A stretch of DNA of 56,906 nt, counting the filler, from Catajapyx aquilonaris (lineage: Eukaryota): the NCBI GenBank assembly GCA_000934665.2. It is 2 parts of 2 records of this genome, joined end to end, with 100 filler letters (N's around TTAATTAATTAA, not from the genome) between each part and the next. Parts side by side here need not be neighbours in the genome. Positions count along the whole stretch, not along the records: positions 1 to 28,561 come from JYFJ02004944.1; 1 more part is not named here. One strand, 5' to 3'. The notes beneath the pieces are model-generated. The model worked only from the letters and a program-made list of their open reading frames with translations. It was not told the DNA's origin and searched no databases. Each line of letters begins with the position of its first letter. Position 1 is the first letter of the stretch. The position numbers were made by a program, and so were the translations under genes. Of the stretch, positions 11,670 through 24,300 are shown one piece after another.

Positions 11670-13312
11670 GATGCTGAGTAGGGAAGATGCCATTTGGAAG
11701 TCTATGTCTTGGTCTATGTAGTATTTGAATTGTAAAATTATGTAAGAGGTGCGTTGGCACTTTGGGAATAAATATCTAGTAATCACCAATTTATTAGTCA
11801 ACTGATTAGAGTGCAATCAGATCATACAACAGTTGTGCATTGTCTCGAACTTGATTCAAAACAGAACTTATTAGTCTGACAGAACGCAACAATTCTAAGT
11901 CGAATCCTCAACTTACAGGCAACGCAGCGATTGTCTTGTAGTGACAGGTACCTGAAGGCCTACGGCACTATATAGCAGAAATAATTTATTATAGGCTATT
12001 ATAATTCCGTCTTCACTTTTACGCAATATAATGTTGTTGCGAAAATGTTGGACCTGTAAATAGGCTATGCCTTCTAACTTGTGTATGGAAGCAAGAGTGA
12101 TGCAAGGTGGCTCTGTGGTAGAGCTTCTGACTCCCAATCCAGGGTTGCAGGTTCGTATCCCAGATGGGGAATGAAAGAAAATCTTTTTCCGTAATCTAGT
12201 TCTGCCCAAGATGGACAAAATATCCTTTCAATCTTCCGATTTAAGTGTCGGAAGGGCGTAGGGGATGAAGAAGAAAATTATTTTTAACGATTATAATCAT
12301 GAAGGCAGGGATGAAAAGTAGACTATGTAAAATCGCGGCGACGTTCTGCGCATCCTCGGATTTTTGTTCTTTTTTTTTGTCAATATTAATCCATTGTACA
12401 CGTCACAAAGCAGCACACAAGCAACCGTTAATATCTTTTTGTAAAATATTTTTTAAAAATAAAGAGAATTGCGCCGAACAGGTATCGAACGACCGTCCTC
12501 ATGATTCCAAGGAGGTGACCATAACCACTCGCCTACTCCCCATTCTCACCGATTACCGGCCCAACTGGGACTGCTACATTTGGCTAGGGGCATACTTATT
12601 GTTCACATGGAGAGACGTACTGTATATCTATATGTACTGTGCTCTGTACAGGCTCATTACGAAAGACCCGACAGATGGAGACTGAGGTAGTAGGGCCTGC
12701 CTCTGACCAAAAACCTAATATCAGGGCCTCCTAGGTCGAAGGTCAGCCTGCAACAAACCATGGGAAATGCCCTAAAAATGGTGCTGGTTAATTTGCATGT
12801 GCATGTGAGTGGATAGGACCTGTAGTTAAAATTTTAGGAGTGAATATTTGGGGGGCTAATGGGTTTGAGAATGGAACTCCCTGGTATAAGACAAATGTAG
12901 GGACTATGGGGTGCGTAGGGTGGGGGCTGCCGGGATGGACAACACAAGCGAAGCCACCTGATCATTTGAAAGACTTTTTATTTTGTGACTTTTTTCTTCG
13001 AAAAAAAGTGACCGCCCCCTCCCATGAAGCAGGTGTCTTAAAAATTTCTCAAAANCTCCTTCTCCTCTCCACCCCTCCCCCCCTCCTCCACATCCTCCAA
13101 GTCTCAACTCGGAAGATGTTTCGGTTACAGAATTTCACAAGTCGCCATCTTGGCCGGAGATGTCGGCTGCAAATTTTTTTTTCTGGCTCTCGACCGTGGA
13201 GACCCGGGATTTGAACCCGCATCCCCCGATTGGGAGTCTGATGCGCTACCTCTGAGCCACGCTCAGGTGCAACGAGGGTGTGAGTGTTGGAAGGGTCTAG
13301 CCTATTTAAAAG

Positions 13313-13408
13313 ACCGTAGGAGGTAGGAAGCCAGCCGCGGGATCCAAAATAGGAGGTATACAAGGCAGGCATTTTCGATCCCGCAGCTGGCTTCCTACCT
13401 CCTGCGGT
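13313..13408. repeat. Small hairpin/MITE with ~38-bp arms
   Basis: accgtaggaggtaggaagccagccgcgggatccaaaat ... attttcgatcccgcagctggcttcctacctcctgcggt, with few mismatches. Confidence 0.8.
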
Positions 13409-13574
13409 TAGAGAATTTTGCAAATGAACCAGCACCATTTTTAGGGCATTTCCCATGGTTTGTTGCAGGCTGACCTTTGACCTAGGAGGCCCTAATATTA
13501 GGTTTTTGGTCAGAGGCAGGCCCTACTACCTCAGTCTCCATCTGTCGGGTCTTTCGTAATGAGCCTGTACAGAG

Positions 13575-13840
13575 CAGGGTCCCCTACATGGTTGCCTCCC
13601 CCACCCTAACCCGGGTATTGTCTCCACGTCACGCTCCACGTAGTCCTTATGCAATCTAGTTCCAATATGGCCGCCCCATGCTGAAGGATAGGGAATTGGC
13701 AAGCGATTCGTTTTTGTTTTTTTTCAATAGTTTTTTTTTTTCCTATGCAATTTTCCAATTTTCCTATCTGGTTTAGTTCCAATATGGCGGAGAGACAATA
13801 CCCCGTCTAGGTGGGGGTGGCACTCATGTAGGTGACCCTG
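13575..13840. mobile_element. hAT-type MITE
   Basis: TIRs CAGGGTC(C/A)CCTACATG; 8-bp TSD GTACAGAG at 13567-13574 and 13841-13848; the empty site is present once in the opposite arm (~12641-12649). Confidence 0.9.
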
Positions 13841-14707
13841 GTACAGAGCACAGTACATAGCGTGGTACATAGATATACAGTACGTCTCTCCATGTGAACA
13901 ATAAGTATGCCCCTAGCCAAATGTAGCAGTCCCTGTTGGCCGGTAATCGGTGTGGATGGGGAGTAGGCGAGTGGTTATGGTCACCTCCTTGTGATCATGA
14001 GGACGGTCGTTCGAGTCCCGTTCGGCACACTTTTTTTTCTCTCTTTTTCTTGTGATGTAGATATTAAAATGTGACTGATATAGCATCACTGCATCGTGGC
14101 TTTTGCTCTATGATGGATTAATAAAAATAACAAAAATAAATCCCCGCCCGCTTCTAAAGCCGTGGGTGGAGATGCGCAGATCGTCGACGCGGTTTTACAT
14201 TCTATTTTCATCCAATGTATGAGAAATAAAAATATCTTTCCTCCCCCTGTCCTCCTCTTCTTTGCCCTTCCGAGATTGACCCGGAAGATGAAGAGGAATC
14301 GCCGCCATCTTGGCCTGAACTGATGGCAACAAATACATTTTGACTCACTCTCACCCGGGATTTGAACCCGGGACCCTAGATTGAGAGTCGAGAGCGCTGC
14401 TAACATGGCCAGATTGCACCATCTGCTTTCACATGTCGATCGGAAGGTCTAGCCTATTTACCAATTCAATATAATTGTGAAAAAAAATTAATTGGTTAAT
14501 TGGTCCACCATTTTTGTAGGAACAAAATGTTTGACAGTAAAATTACTGACATATCCTGATGCTGACACTTAATTTATATTCTCATATAGTTCACAATCCC
14601 GGTTAGGTAGTACATGAACTGCTTGCCACACTTTCCGTGGCAGTTAAAATCGAAGTAAACACTATTATGTACACAGTTGCTCTCTCCTATATACACAAAA
14701 AGTCAAC

Positions 14708-14761
14708 AGCACATGGGCAAATAACATGAGATGATTATCTCATGTTATTTGCCCATGTGCT
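14708..14761. repeat. Perfect 25-bp hairpin with 4-nt loop
   Basis: agcacatgggcaaataacatgagat-gatt-atctcatgttatttgcccatgtgct. Confidence 0.9.
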
Positions 14762-15484
14762 CACCTGCGGCACCTGCTGGCCATAAGCAAAATCTGTGAC
14801 GTTATTGTAACCTGGCAATCACAGGAAACTTAATGTCCGAGTGTCAGGGGCACTTTTTTTTTTCTTCGGAGCATGTGCTCCTAAAAAGGACCAAAATTGT
14901 TCAGAATTAGTTTCACTAATTGACCGAAAAATCTTTGGTAACATAAGGTAAAGTGTCACATCGGACACTCTTTCCAGGGGTCTATTTTCGTGCCTAAAAA
15001 TCAGTGTGTGGTACTCGATGGCCAATTAGAGTCAAGTGATGCATGGGATGTAATGTAAAAGTGAGTCCAATTGCACCTGCAATTATCAAGCCAGCTTGAG
15101 TAATTATCCTAATCATGCGGAAGTGGAAGCTGACATTACTGGCCTTTAATTGTTACTTTCATTGTTTACATTGTTGAAAGAGAGTCAACGTTGCATCAAT
15201 ACAACATTAGAATGAAGTATGGCAGCCTCACATCAAAGAATGAGCACCTAATTTTCTCGCTGCGATGTAATCCGTCGCTGTGAAGTGAGAAAAACTGTCG
15301 TAAATAAAATCACACACAAATTAGTGACGAACTTCAACAATTATATCTCCCAAACTGCATAGAGTACAAAGAAATTTGGTCTTGGATCATGTGTCACCAA
15401 GCAAAGTTTACAGAACGTTGAAACAAAAACACAAAAAAACTGTTTTAAAATTCCACACTGCACTCCTTAGTTGTTGATGGCGTG

Positions 15485-17384
15485 TCAATCAACCTCCATC
15501 CCATTTTCCTTGGGATCCTTTGGATCTCGAATGGCCAGCATGGCCACGTGCTGACCTCCGCATGACACGCTGAGCACCCTGCAGCCTTCCAGTTGCTTCC
15601 CCTCCACTTTGGTGGGTTCGCTCAGGTCAACTTCTTCTGCTTGACCCAACTGGTAGTTCGTGCCCGAGCCCCAGGCGTACAGGTGACCTGTTAAGAGATA
15701 TAATCCAACATTTACGACAAGCCCGAATTAATCTGCATATTATCGACGTGTGCTCACCGTTCTCTGCAAGTGCTAGCGAGACTGAGTTTCCGGCGGACAC
15801 CTCGATGCACTTGATGCCTTGGAGCACTGGGACACGAGTTGGGGTTGGAATCGACTCCTTCCCAGGTTCAGATGGAACGCCAAGAGCACCGTAGTCCATC
15901 CGACCCAAAGAATACACCTGGCCTGGAATTACAATGAAACCGCAACATGGCAATTACAAGCTGGTTTGATAATATGCGAGAAATGCAAACCTTCACTGTC
16001 CAGAGCCAGTGTGTGATGCATTCCTCCCGAGATCTGATCCCATTTGGTGCCCTGGAAATTGGTCTTTGACTCGGGCTGGAAGAACAGCGTTTTGCTCTGG
16101 GAGCCAAGCTGGCTGTAGTTGTTGAGGCCAGTCACAAAGACGGTGCCGCGATCCTTCTCCCGCATGTAGCAGGCGTATTCCCCACACCAAGTGCGGTCCA
16201 CCTGCATCTTCTTGCGACGGAACATCACCTGCTCCATGGTTAGCAGGGCAGCTGCCAAAATACACATGTGGCTTTGTGAATCTAGCTATTGCTTTCAACA
16301 ATTCGACCTCTACCTTTCCCTCTTCTGGACTGTCGGCTGGCAAACACCTCAGGTATGCGGCCAAGCTGTCCCTGCTCCGGATTCCCGCATGTGTACACCT
16401 GCCCCTCCTTGGACAGCACCACAAAATGGTCCGCTCCAGACGATACGCCAATGGCCGGAACAGTCGCCATCACTTGAACAGGGGTACGGTGGGGGCCACT
16501 CTCCATCTCTAATGGTCCATGCGAATCCTACATAAAAGTACGCATTAACACTGCAACTGAAGCTCATTAAAGTGTATTCTCACCCTGAATTTCCCCCAGA
16601 GGAAGACCCTGCCGTCCTCGGTGAGCGCCGCACTGTGCGAATCCCCAGCCGATATTTGTACGACTTTACCTGGGATGTCCACTTTCCCAGGCAGGAACTC
16701 CTCCCCTTCGCGACCCAGTACGCCCTCGTCATTGCAACCAAACGTGTACACCTCCCCGGTCTCGGTGAGGCACGTGGTGTGCATCCCTCCTGCCGCAACC
16801 TCCACCACCCTGTCCATCTCCTTAACGGCGGCCGGCTTCTTCCTCTCGTCTATGTCCTCGCCAAGTCCAAGCTGGCCAAACTCTCCCTTTCCCATCACCA
16901 GCACGAACCCAACCCCTCTGTCAATCCGCCTGGACACGACAAGCGGCTCTGGCTTCACCTCCTGCGCCGAAGCAGCCACGGACAACCTCTGCTTCTTTGT
17001 CGCCTTCCCAGCAACGGCCTCTTTCGCAACCGGTATGGCCTCGGTCCTGGTCCGCTTCCTCGGCATCTTCGGCGCATCCGAAGCACTGGCCTTTCGCTTC
17101 TTCACAACCTTGGCTGTGGACACAACCTCCGTGTTCTTCTTCCCAGACTGAAACGCAACGTACGGTCAGGCAACGTACTTCAATGCGGCTACGTACACAG
17201 GATAAATCTTGACCGAACCTTGCAAAATATCAAGCTACGCACATACTTCTGCAGTTACGTACACTTACCGGATAAATATAATCTGATGCAATGTACTAAG
17301 TACATGGACCATACTTTTGTAATTACAGTGTAATTAATATGCATTAATTTGTCCAATTTTCCTTACCTTTTTAGGCTTGGCCAT
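15485..17384 (-). CDS. RCC1: Regulator of chromosome condensation 1 (Ran GEF), ~474 aa; exons 17384-17367, 17147-16584, 16527-16314, 16251-15991, 15922-15758, 15687-15485
   Basis: Basic N-terminal tail followed by RCC1 repeats ([95 protein letters not shown]); all intron phases consistent. Confidence 0.95.
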
Positions 17385-18899
17385 TATTTTCTTGGCTAGG
17401 CCTGGCTTTTTTTTTCTTTGCTTCCAAATAAAACCAGCGGTACACCGTAAGGCCCTCGACTTCTGTGTGAGGTCTTGGACCTCACGCGAAGGGGGATAAA
17501 GTTGCTTTTATGGATTTTAAAAAAAAAATTAACAAAAATAAACAGGAACCCAAAAAAAAACGGTCAAAAACTGACGCACACGTGACGCTACAGCAACTAT
17601 TCCCGCAGACGTTTACACCTTCTAGTATGCCAAACTTGAATTGAGCGGACGGCCAATCAGATGCCGGATCGTCATAACGGATGACCAATAGTGGAATTAC
17701 GCGCATGCGTCGTTCTTCAGCGACTGAGCCCGTTAAAATTATGAGTTTAAATAGGAATCAGGGTTGCCAGACGTTCGAATCTTTCGATATAAATAGTAAT
17801 ATTGCAAATAATCGCACTTTTTACACTTTAAAAATTGGGATTAATATGTGCGAACTAATGTAGCTTTTAAATTAAAACGGTCTGTTCCATTAGTGGGTCG
17901 AAAAATTCAGAGCTGCTACAACTGCTGTGATTCGCCAATAAGCCGTTACAAATGGCAGACGTGGTATTAATAATTATTAATTATTAATTATTATTTTGCA
18001 TTTGGTTAGGTCCTCGTTATCCGCTGGCAACCCCATTTGGGTGGCGTGGGGGTACGCCGTGACGACGTATAGGCTACGATATGATGATGAATGATGAATG
18101 ATATGAATTAATAAGTAATGATGAATTAAGTAATACTAAATAATTATTCGGACGGGAGCAAAACAAGGTTCCTATGTCAAAAATACTTTGTCTTGGTCCT
18201 CTCTATTACCCATAGAAGTTTGTAAAGATAGCTCGGAAACACCCTGTACGTACAGTATTTAAAAAAAAAAAAATGCCTGAGGGAAAAATTCACGCTTCGA
18301 TGGCTCAGCAGGGAGGCCATACTTCTTCGGCAGCATGTACTTGACCTTTTTGCACGCCTTCCAATTAACCGCGTCGCCAACGATTAGCATCGGACAGGCA
18401 CGGAGCACCAGCAGCAGCGCAGGTACTACACACACGACGGTATGGCTCAAAAAGTGAATTTACCGCCTCTCATTGCGGATGAGAAGAAGAAGAAAGCAGA
18501 CCAATCGTGATTCACGTCTTGAACTCTTCTTCTTCGCTTATTCCAATATATAATATATAACACCCGTTTGTATAATCTGACAGTCAAAGGAAGATATGGC
18601 CTCTGTTGGATTGGGGTTGGGAGGGGGATGTAATTCCAGTTGCATCAGGAGTTGGATGATGTAAGGTTGGCCTCCTAAAAATTGCGACCTCGAACCCGTT
18701 CTAAAGTCATGACGATGAGCGGGTGACAATGCGACCAATCTACTATATACTGGTTGCGACATCATCACTTTGGTCGAGATACAATAATTTTTGTCAGCAG
18801 CAAGGACATCTGATTGCTAATGTCAATTGGCAACAATACTCCGCCAGGCACGACCAGACCAACTGATTATATTCTATAGCACGTTTCAGATTATGTGTC

Positions 18900-19750
18900 A
18901 TTATCTATATATGATTAAATAGATAATAACGTAGTCTGAAATGTTAAATCCACGTTAATCTAAATAATAAATACTAAATTGGCGTCCTCGGCGGTTAGAT
19001 TAACCACGGATTCATTCATTGATTAATATTTCAATTGATTCGAAAGTTAAGAAAACATTTAATGTACAATATGAAGTAAACAAATCGATTGAAATTAATT
19101 AAAATGGCAAAAAATTTAATTAGCAATTACAGTAATTGAAATCATCACGGAAATAAATAAGGTTATTTGGCCAAACAATTAATTAAAATGGTAAAATTTG
19201 AATCGATTTAAGTAAATTTTAATTCCTAATTACTGTAATTGAATTAATCACGCATGTTAATTAAGTTTGGTCAAATAATTAATTGAATAGGTTAATTTCA
19301 ATTGATCCAAAAGTTAAGGAAAGATGTTAAATATATCAATATACAGTATTAAAGAAATCAATTGAGATTAATTTAATATTTATGATTTTAATTAATTTAT
19401 AAACAAATTTAATTAGTAATTACTATGATATTGAATTAATCGCACAAATTAATTAAGTTGAGTCAAATAATTACAATTAAATTGATTAAAATTAATCAAG
19501 TACTTAACGCGATAAATATATTAATCAAATGCAAATTGAGATTATTAATAAATGAATTAATTTCAGTTAAATTACCGGTAATGAATGAATTAAATTCAGT
19601 TAAATGAATGAATGAAATAAATTCAGTTATATCCTTAAATGAATTAAAATAAATAAATAAATAAGTTACATGAATTAAAATCAACAAATAAATTAATAGT
19701 CACGTACATTAAAATAAATGAAATAAATAATTTCAAATTAATTAATTAAA
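18900..19750. repeat. AT-rich degenerate repeat region
   Basis: Very AT-rich with recurring aattaattaa/taattacagtaattgaa words; ~18975-19025 recurs at ~21927-21977. Confidence 0.6.
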
Positions 19751-20482
19751 TCTCGCACGGGACATATGGGTGATATAGTAACGGATCTGGATGAAACTGA
19801 ATAAGATATGCTAATAAAGGACAATGTATGATAACCAAAATTGTAATATTTCAGGTCGTAATATGATATTTTTTTGTTGTGTAATATTTTTCAAGACGGT
19901 ACCGTACCCTACTCCAAAACATTGCAGCATGTTTTTGTTATTATTAATATTAATGAGATCCTTTCACTAATAACACAAATATCCTCCGAAGGTCACATTA
20001 TACTGTAGGACCCATCAAATTATGCGCATAAAAAATATATATATAAATTCTGGGGCACACGCATCACCCCAAATGTATTGAAAACTTGGTTCCCTTTCAC
20101 CCCGCGCACACATTCGCACGCGAAAACCACACCTTGTGTAACACGCCAATTAACCCGTACGTTACCAAAAAAAAAGAAGTGGGCTCATTATTCGCAAGTG
20201 TCATCATCCACAGCATCAATAATCCTATGGACCAGAAAAGGCAGGCAAAGTTGGTTTGAATAAAGGCGGAGCACAACATGACCAACTTTTAAAGTGTGGG
20301 CCAATTGGAAGGCAGCATAGGGTCAGGCCTCCTCTCCTATTGGATGCTGCAATGAGACAAGTACAGAGATTAATAACGTATGCTGACAAAAAAAATTTGC
20401 CCAGATTGTATTTAAAAAAAAAATTAATATAAACATTAACTATGGCACTGTTTCCATATGGCAATGTTGATCCGCAATAATT

Positions 20483-20543
20483 TTGTCGATACCATAGCAA
20501 TCGGTTCCGTTTCCATGGCAACCGGTTGCTATGGTATCGACAA
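20483..20543. repeat. 24-bp-arm hairpin within a cluster of X-box-like (CCATRGCAAC) words
   Basis: ttgtcgataccatagcaatcggtt ... aaccggttgctatggtatcgacaa, one G-T mismatch. Confidence 0.8.
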
Positions 20544-23500
20544 CGATTGTTGCCATGGCCTGCACAAACGAAATTTGCCTTTTATACAGTATAGCTGTAG
20601 AGAAAAGATAAGATTTGTATGGGCCTCTACACATTATAATGTTGAAGGATGTCCTCTTCTAAAGAATGAATAAGACGACCATCAAGGCCAATTGTCGGCG
20701 TCCCTTTTTAATTATTACATCAGGTGCGACAATACGTGAAGAATGGAAGGGGGGAACGATGAGAGACCATTGTGTTGGAGCTGCCCTACCTGAACAATTC
20801 ATTGGGCCTTTTTGGAGGTTTGATATGATGGGCACCCGGGCGACAATAATACAGGTCGTGTCGACACGACCCTCATCATCATCTCTCCCCAACAATCTAT
20901 ATCTGCCGACCTGAATAAAAAAAACGACTATTACCAGGAGGAGTGAGAGGAATTATTGCTCTCAATTCAAGGTAATACACGACATGTGTCACGATCAGTG
21001 AAAGTACTATTAGCACTTGTTCAGTGCAACAATGTGTCCATATTTGTCTTTTTTAAAAAAGAGATCAATTATACTGTACACTATTCATTGAACAATTTTT
21101 AACAAATTAATTTTTAATATAAGAAAATTATGCATGACCATCATTTGTGCGGATTGATGGAAGGGCTACAACCAGAAGCATGAACAATGGAAGGACTTTT
21201 TTAAAAGATTCAGGGCGATCCACTCCTCTTTATTGGCACCTGGTTTGTGAAAACATGTGCAATTAATTCCGCAAAAATTTAATGAAAAAAAAACGGGAGA
21301 ATACGGATGTCCATAAAAAAATTAATAAATGCGACCTCTTCGCCGCCTGACATGTGACATAAGCTGAAAAATTATAATAATTAGCGTGAAATTTTTTGTG
21401 GGGTTGAAAATTGATTGGATCGACAGGTGTTAAGTAGTGATTTTTGTATCAAAAAAAGGCGGCCTGCTTTATACTGACCGCTAATTGGCATATGATGAGT
21501 TGACCTTAACTGTGAATATTTTTGGTCACGACGATGACGTCACTATAAACTGGACCTAGTGATTTTCAGCACAACTGGTTATGGCTGGAGAAAAATCATG
21601 CCTTTTTCTGGCTTGCAAACGTGACCATTTTAAAGCTGTTAATGGTGTGGATTCATGATCAAATTTGTAACGATTCATTTCGAAGGATAACGACATTTTA
21701 CAGGTGATTACCAATTATACAGGACTAATAGGGGGTGCAAGGTTTGCCGAAAAGTACAGCAGGGTATACAACCGAAGTTTAAAAAAAAAATCGGATCCAT
21801 GTTGAGCTAGTCATACAGTTTCAGCACTCTCAGTAGTCTGCAAGTGGGTTAGGTAGTCCGGATATACAAACGGACAAACTTTCTGATTCATATAATTACA
21901 TGGTGTGCCAAGTTATTATCTATGATTAAATTGGCGTCCTTGGTGGTTAGATTAACGTGGATTTAATTCATTGATTCCTTTAAATTTTCTAACGCGACTC
22001 TTCCGATTGGCCCCCGTTCTGCGCCTGCGCAATGGGCGAGACAGCGCCTCTGGTGGATGGAACTAGTTATTTATATTTCTTGTACACATACCGGTAGCTC
22101 CTCTTCAGCAACATTAGCGCCTTTTGGACTCCAGTGAAGCCGCATCGTTACCGTAATTGCAAAGGGTCGTAACTTGCCCACGTACTCAACAATGCACTTA
22201 GCTACCACCCGATAATGAAGTTCAAAAAAAAAGTGTGTGGCCCCCATCTTTTGTGCAACACTAAAAATATTATGTACGGCTTGCAACTCACTTCGCACGA
22301 GTCTTATTGCAACAGTTGTAATTCACTAGTACTTAGCATGCACGTATATGTCCCTCTTCCGCCCAGCTGTGGTGTCCCTTTGTCTTCCTGCATTGCAACA
22401 TGTTGCAATGTGCCGATTTTTTGACGCAACAATATTAAGCTCCTTCTTTGCTGTATTTTCTATATCCAAATTTGTGTAGCTACCCAACCGGTCTTACAGT
22501 CATATAGGAGGAAGTCCAATAATGGCGAATTCAACGTGGGAGCTTCCTTTAATTGAATCATTAATAACTTCTGGTGTGTACTTGCACATTCACACGCTGT
22601 GTATGTGTATATATAAGATGGCGGAAATTGCGCAATTGGTCAGTTGACATCGCGTGCTGTTGTATAGAAAGTCATTGTGACATGTCGTATAATATCCTGT
22701 GGAAGAGGGCCATTGGGGAAGAAGACACTTGGTTTTTTATCCATATTTTTTTCTTCTTCTTCTTCATATATGTCTGGAACCTACAGCAATTTTTCAGCAT
22801 CTTGCTAAGGGTGTAGACTTATAAGATAATAAAAAAATAAGGGGTGGGGCTGAGCAGCTTCCTTTTGAATTATGAATGAGGCTTAAACGGTGCCTTTAAG
22901 ACTCACTCGACAGGCCACCAGGCACGTGCTCGCCTCCGTATACAACACACCCACCTGCTGGTCCCAGTCGCCACATATAGAAACCAAATATTGGAGACAA
23001 ACAAACAAACTTTGCGTTATATCAATGGTGCAGTTATTTCCAACGCTACCCATTTGGCCTCCAATTGACACTATGTCAGAATTATGCAGCTTTCATCTCC
23101 TTCAAATCAGACATGGGGGTACTACCGGTACGGTCTTCTTCCAAAAGGACTTTTTTTTTCTCTCCACCACCTACCTAAGAGAGGACCAATGAGGAACCAG
23201 GCCCCTATGACGGCACACATACCTCCGAGGTGATTGACGTCCTCACACATTCCCAATGCAAATGCCGTCCTTTTAATAATCGTCTGCTGCGGGTTAGAGC
23301 TTCGTGCGATAATTATGCCATCAGAAATAAATTTCCATCCACCTCCTCCTGATGAATGAGTAAATGCCTGCATGCCCTCCACAGTGTGTGTTGCGTAATG
23401 CCCGCCTTTTTTTATATATAATTACCGGTATTGTGAAACTGGCTTTAAAGCCGACAACACACACACACAAGAAAAGAGACGGGATAATTTCTCCCTTCGC

Positions 23501-23764
23501 TTAAAATTCTTCTTCTTTCTTTTTCTTCTCTTCCCTTTGTGTTTGATACCGTTTATTTCGATTGGTTGCGACCAGGGTGCGGTGCTTTGGATGCGTGAAT
23601 AACAAGGTTAACACCTCCGAGGTAACACACCTTTAGCCTTTTGAGTCTCAGGGACTACAACTCACTTACAATCATTATCATCTGGACTGATAAAATACAT
23701 ACTGTACAACATATGTCAATGAAAATTATACATGAATGAAAAAATTTCGATTAAAAAAAAAATC

Positions 23765-24300
23765 TGTAAGAATGGGTATATGAAATGGACAAACAAACAA
23801 ACACTCTGCCTCTCATCATGTAGGTCTGTACATAAGAGGCAAAGTTTGTTTGTCCATTTCATATTAATCTCATAGCCCTACCTATTTTATAAAAAAATTA
23901 TAGAAATTTTAGTTACATTTACGTACATTTACATATTTTTTAAAAATTTTCTTATATGGATATTATAAGAGGCAATGTTTGTTTGTTTGTTCATTAATAC
24001 CCATTTCATACCAATTTTCTTAAAAAAAGTAATAAAAATGTTACAAAAAAAATTGACAGAAATTTTTACATTTTTTTTGTATTTTTCCGATATTTATTTT
24101 ATAATATTATGACGCGAAGTTTGTTTCGTTTATTTGTTTTTCAATTTCATACTTATTTCATATCCACTTCTTGCCAATTTCTGGATAGAAAATTAATATT
24201 TTACATTCATATATTTTTGTATAATTCTTATAGCTCGAGTCTTATATTGATATTATATTAGGCAAAGTTTGTCTGTCAATTTCATGCCTATTTAATACCT
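23765..24300. repeat. Degenerate ~140-bp tandem repeat with one inverted copy
   Basis: Word (a)gaggcaaagtttgtttgtccatttcata at ~23834, ~23967, ~24110 and ~24258; inverted copy at ~23780-23812. Confidence 0.65.

Larger units (their letters stand above)
12055..14460. repeat. Foldback/tandem structure of a unit with tRNA-like cassettes (copy A + 12055-12798; copy B - ~13307-13050; copy C - 14460-13418)
   Basis: 12486-12798 is a near-identical reverse complement of 13418-14012 once the 13575-13840 insertion is removed; all three copies begin TAAATAGGCTA followed by A-box/B-box tRNA-like sequence and CCAAGATGG. Confidence 0.85.

Noticed and set aside
12100..12170. Functional tRNA genes here and at ~13200-13270, ~13960-14030, ~14350-14420, ~46305-46376 and ~56389-56460
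   Set aside because: A and B boxes are present, but I could not pair acceptor stems convincingly and all are embedded in repeat bodies; treated as tRNA-derived.
17268..17283. Micro-exon in RCC1 intron 1 (cag|14 nt|gtaagt)
   Set aside because: No polypyrimidine tract, and it lies in a short local duplication; unsupported without RNA data.
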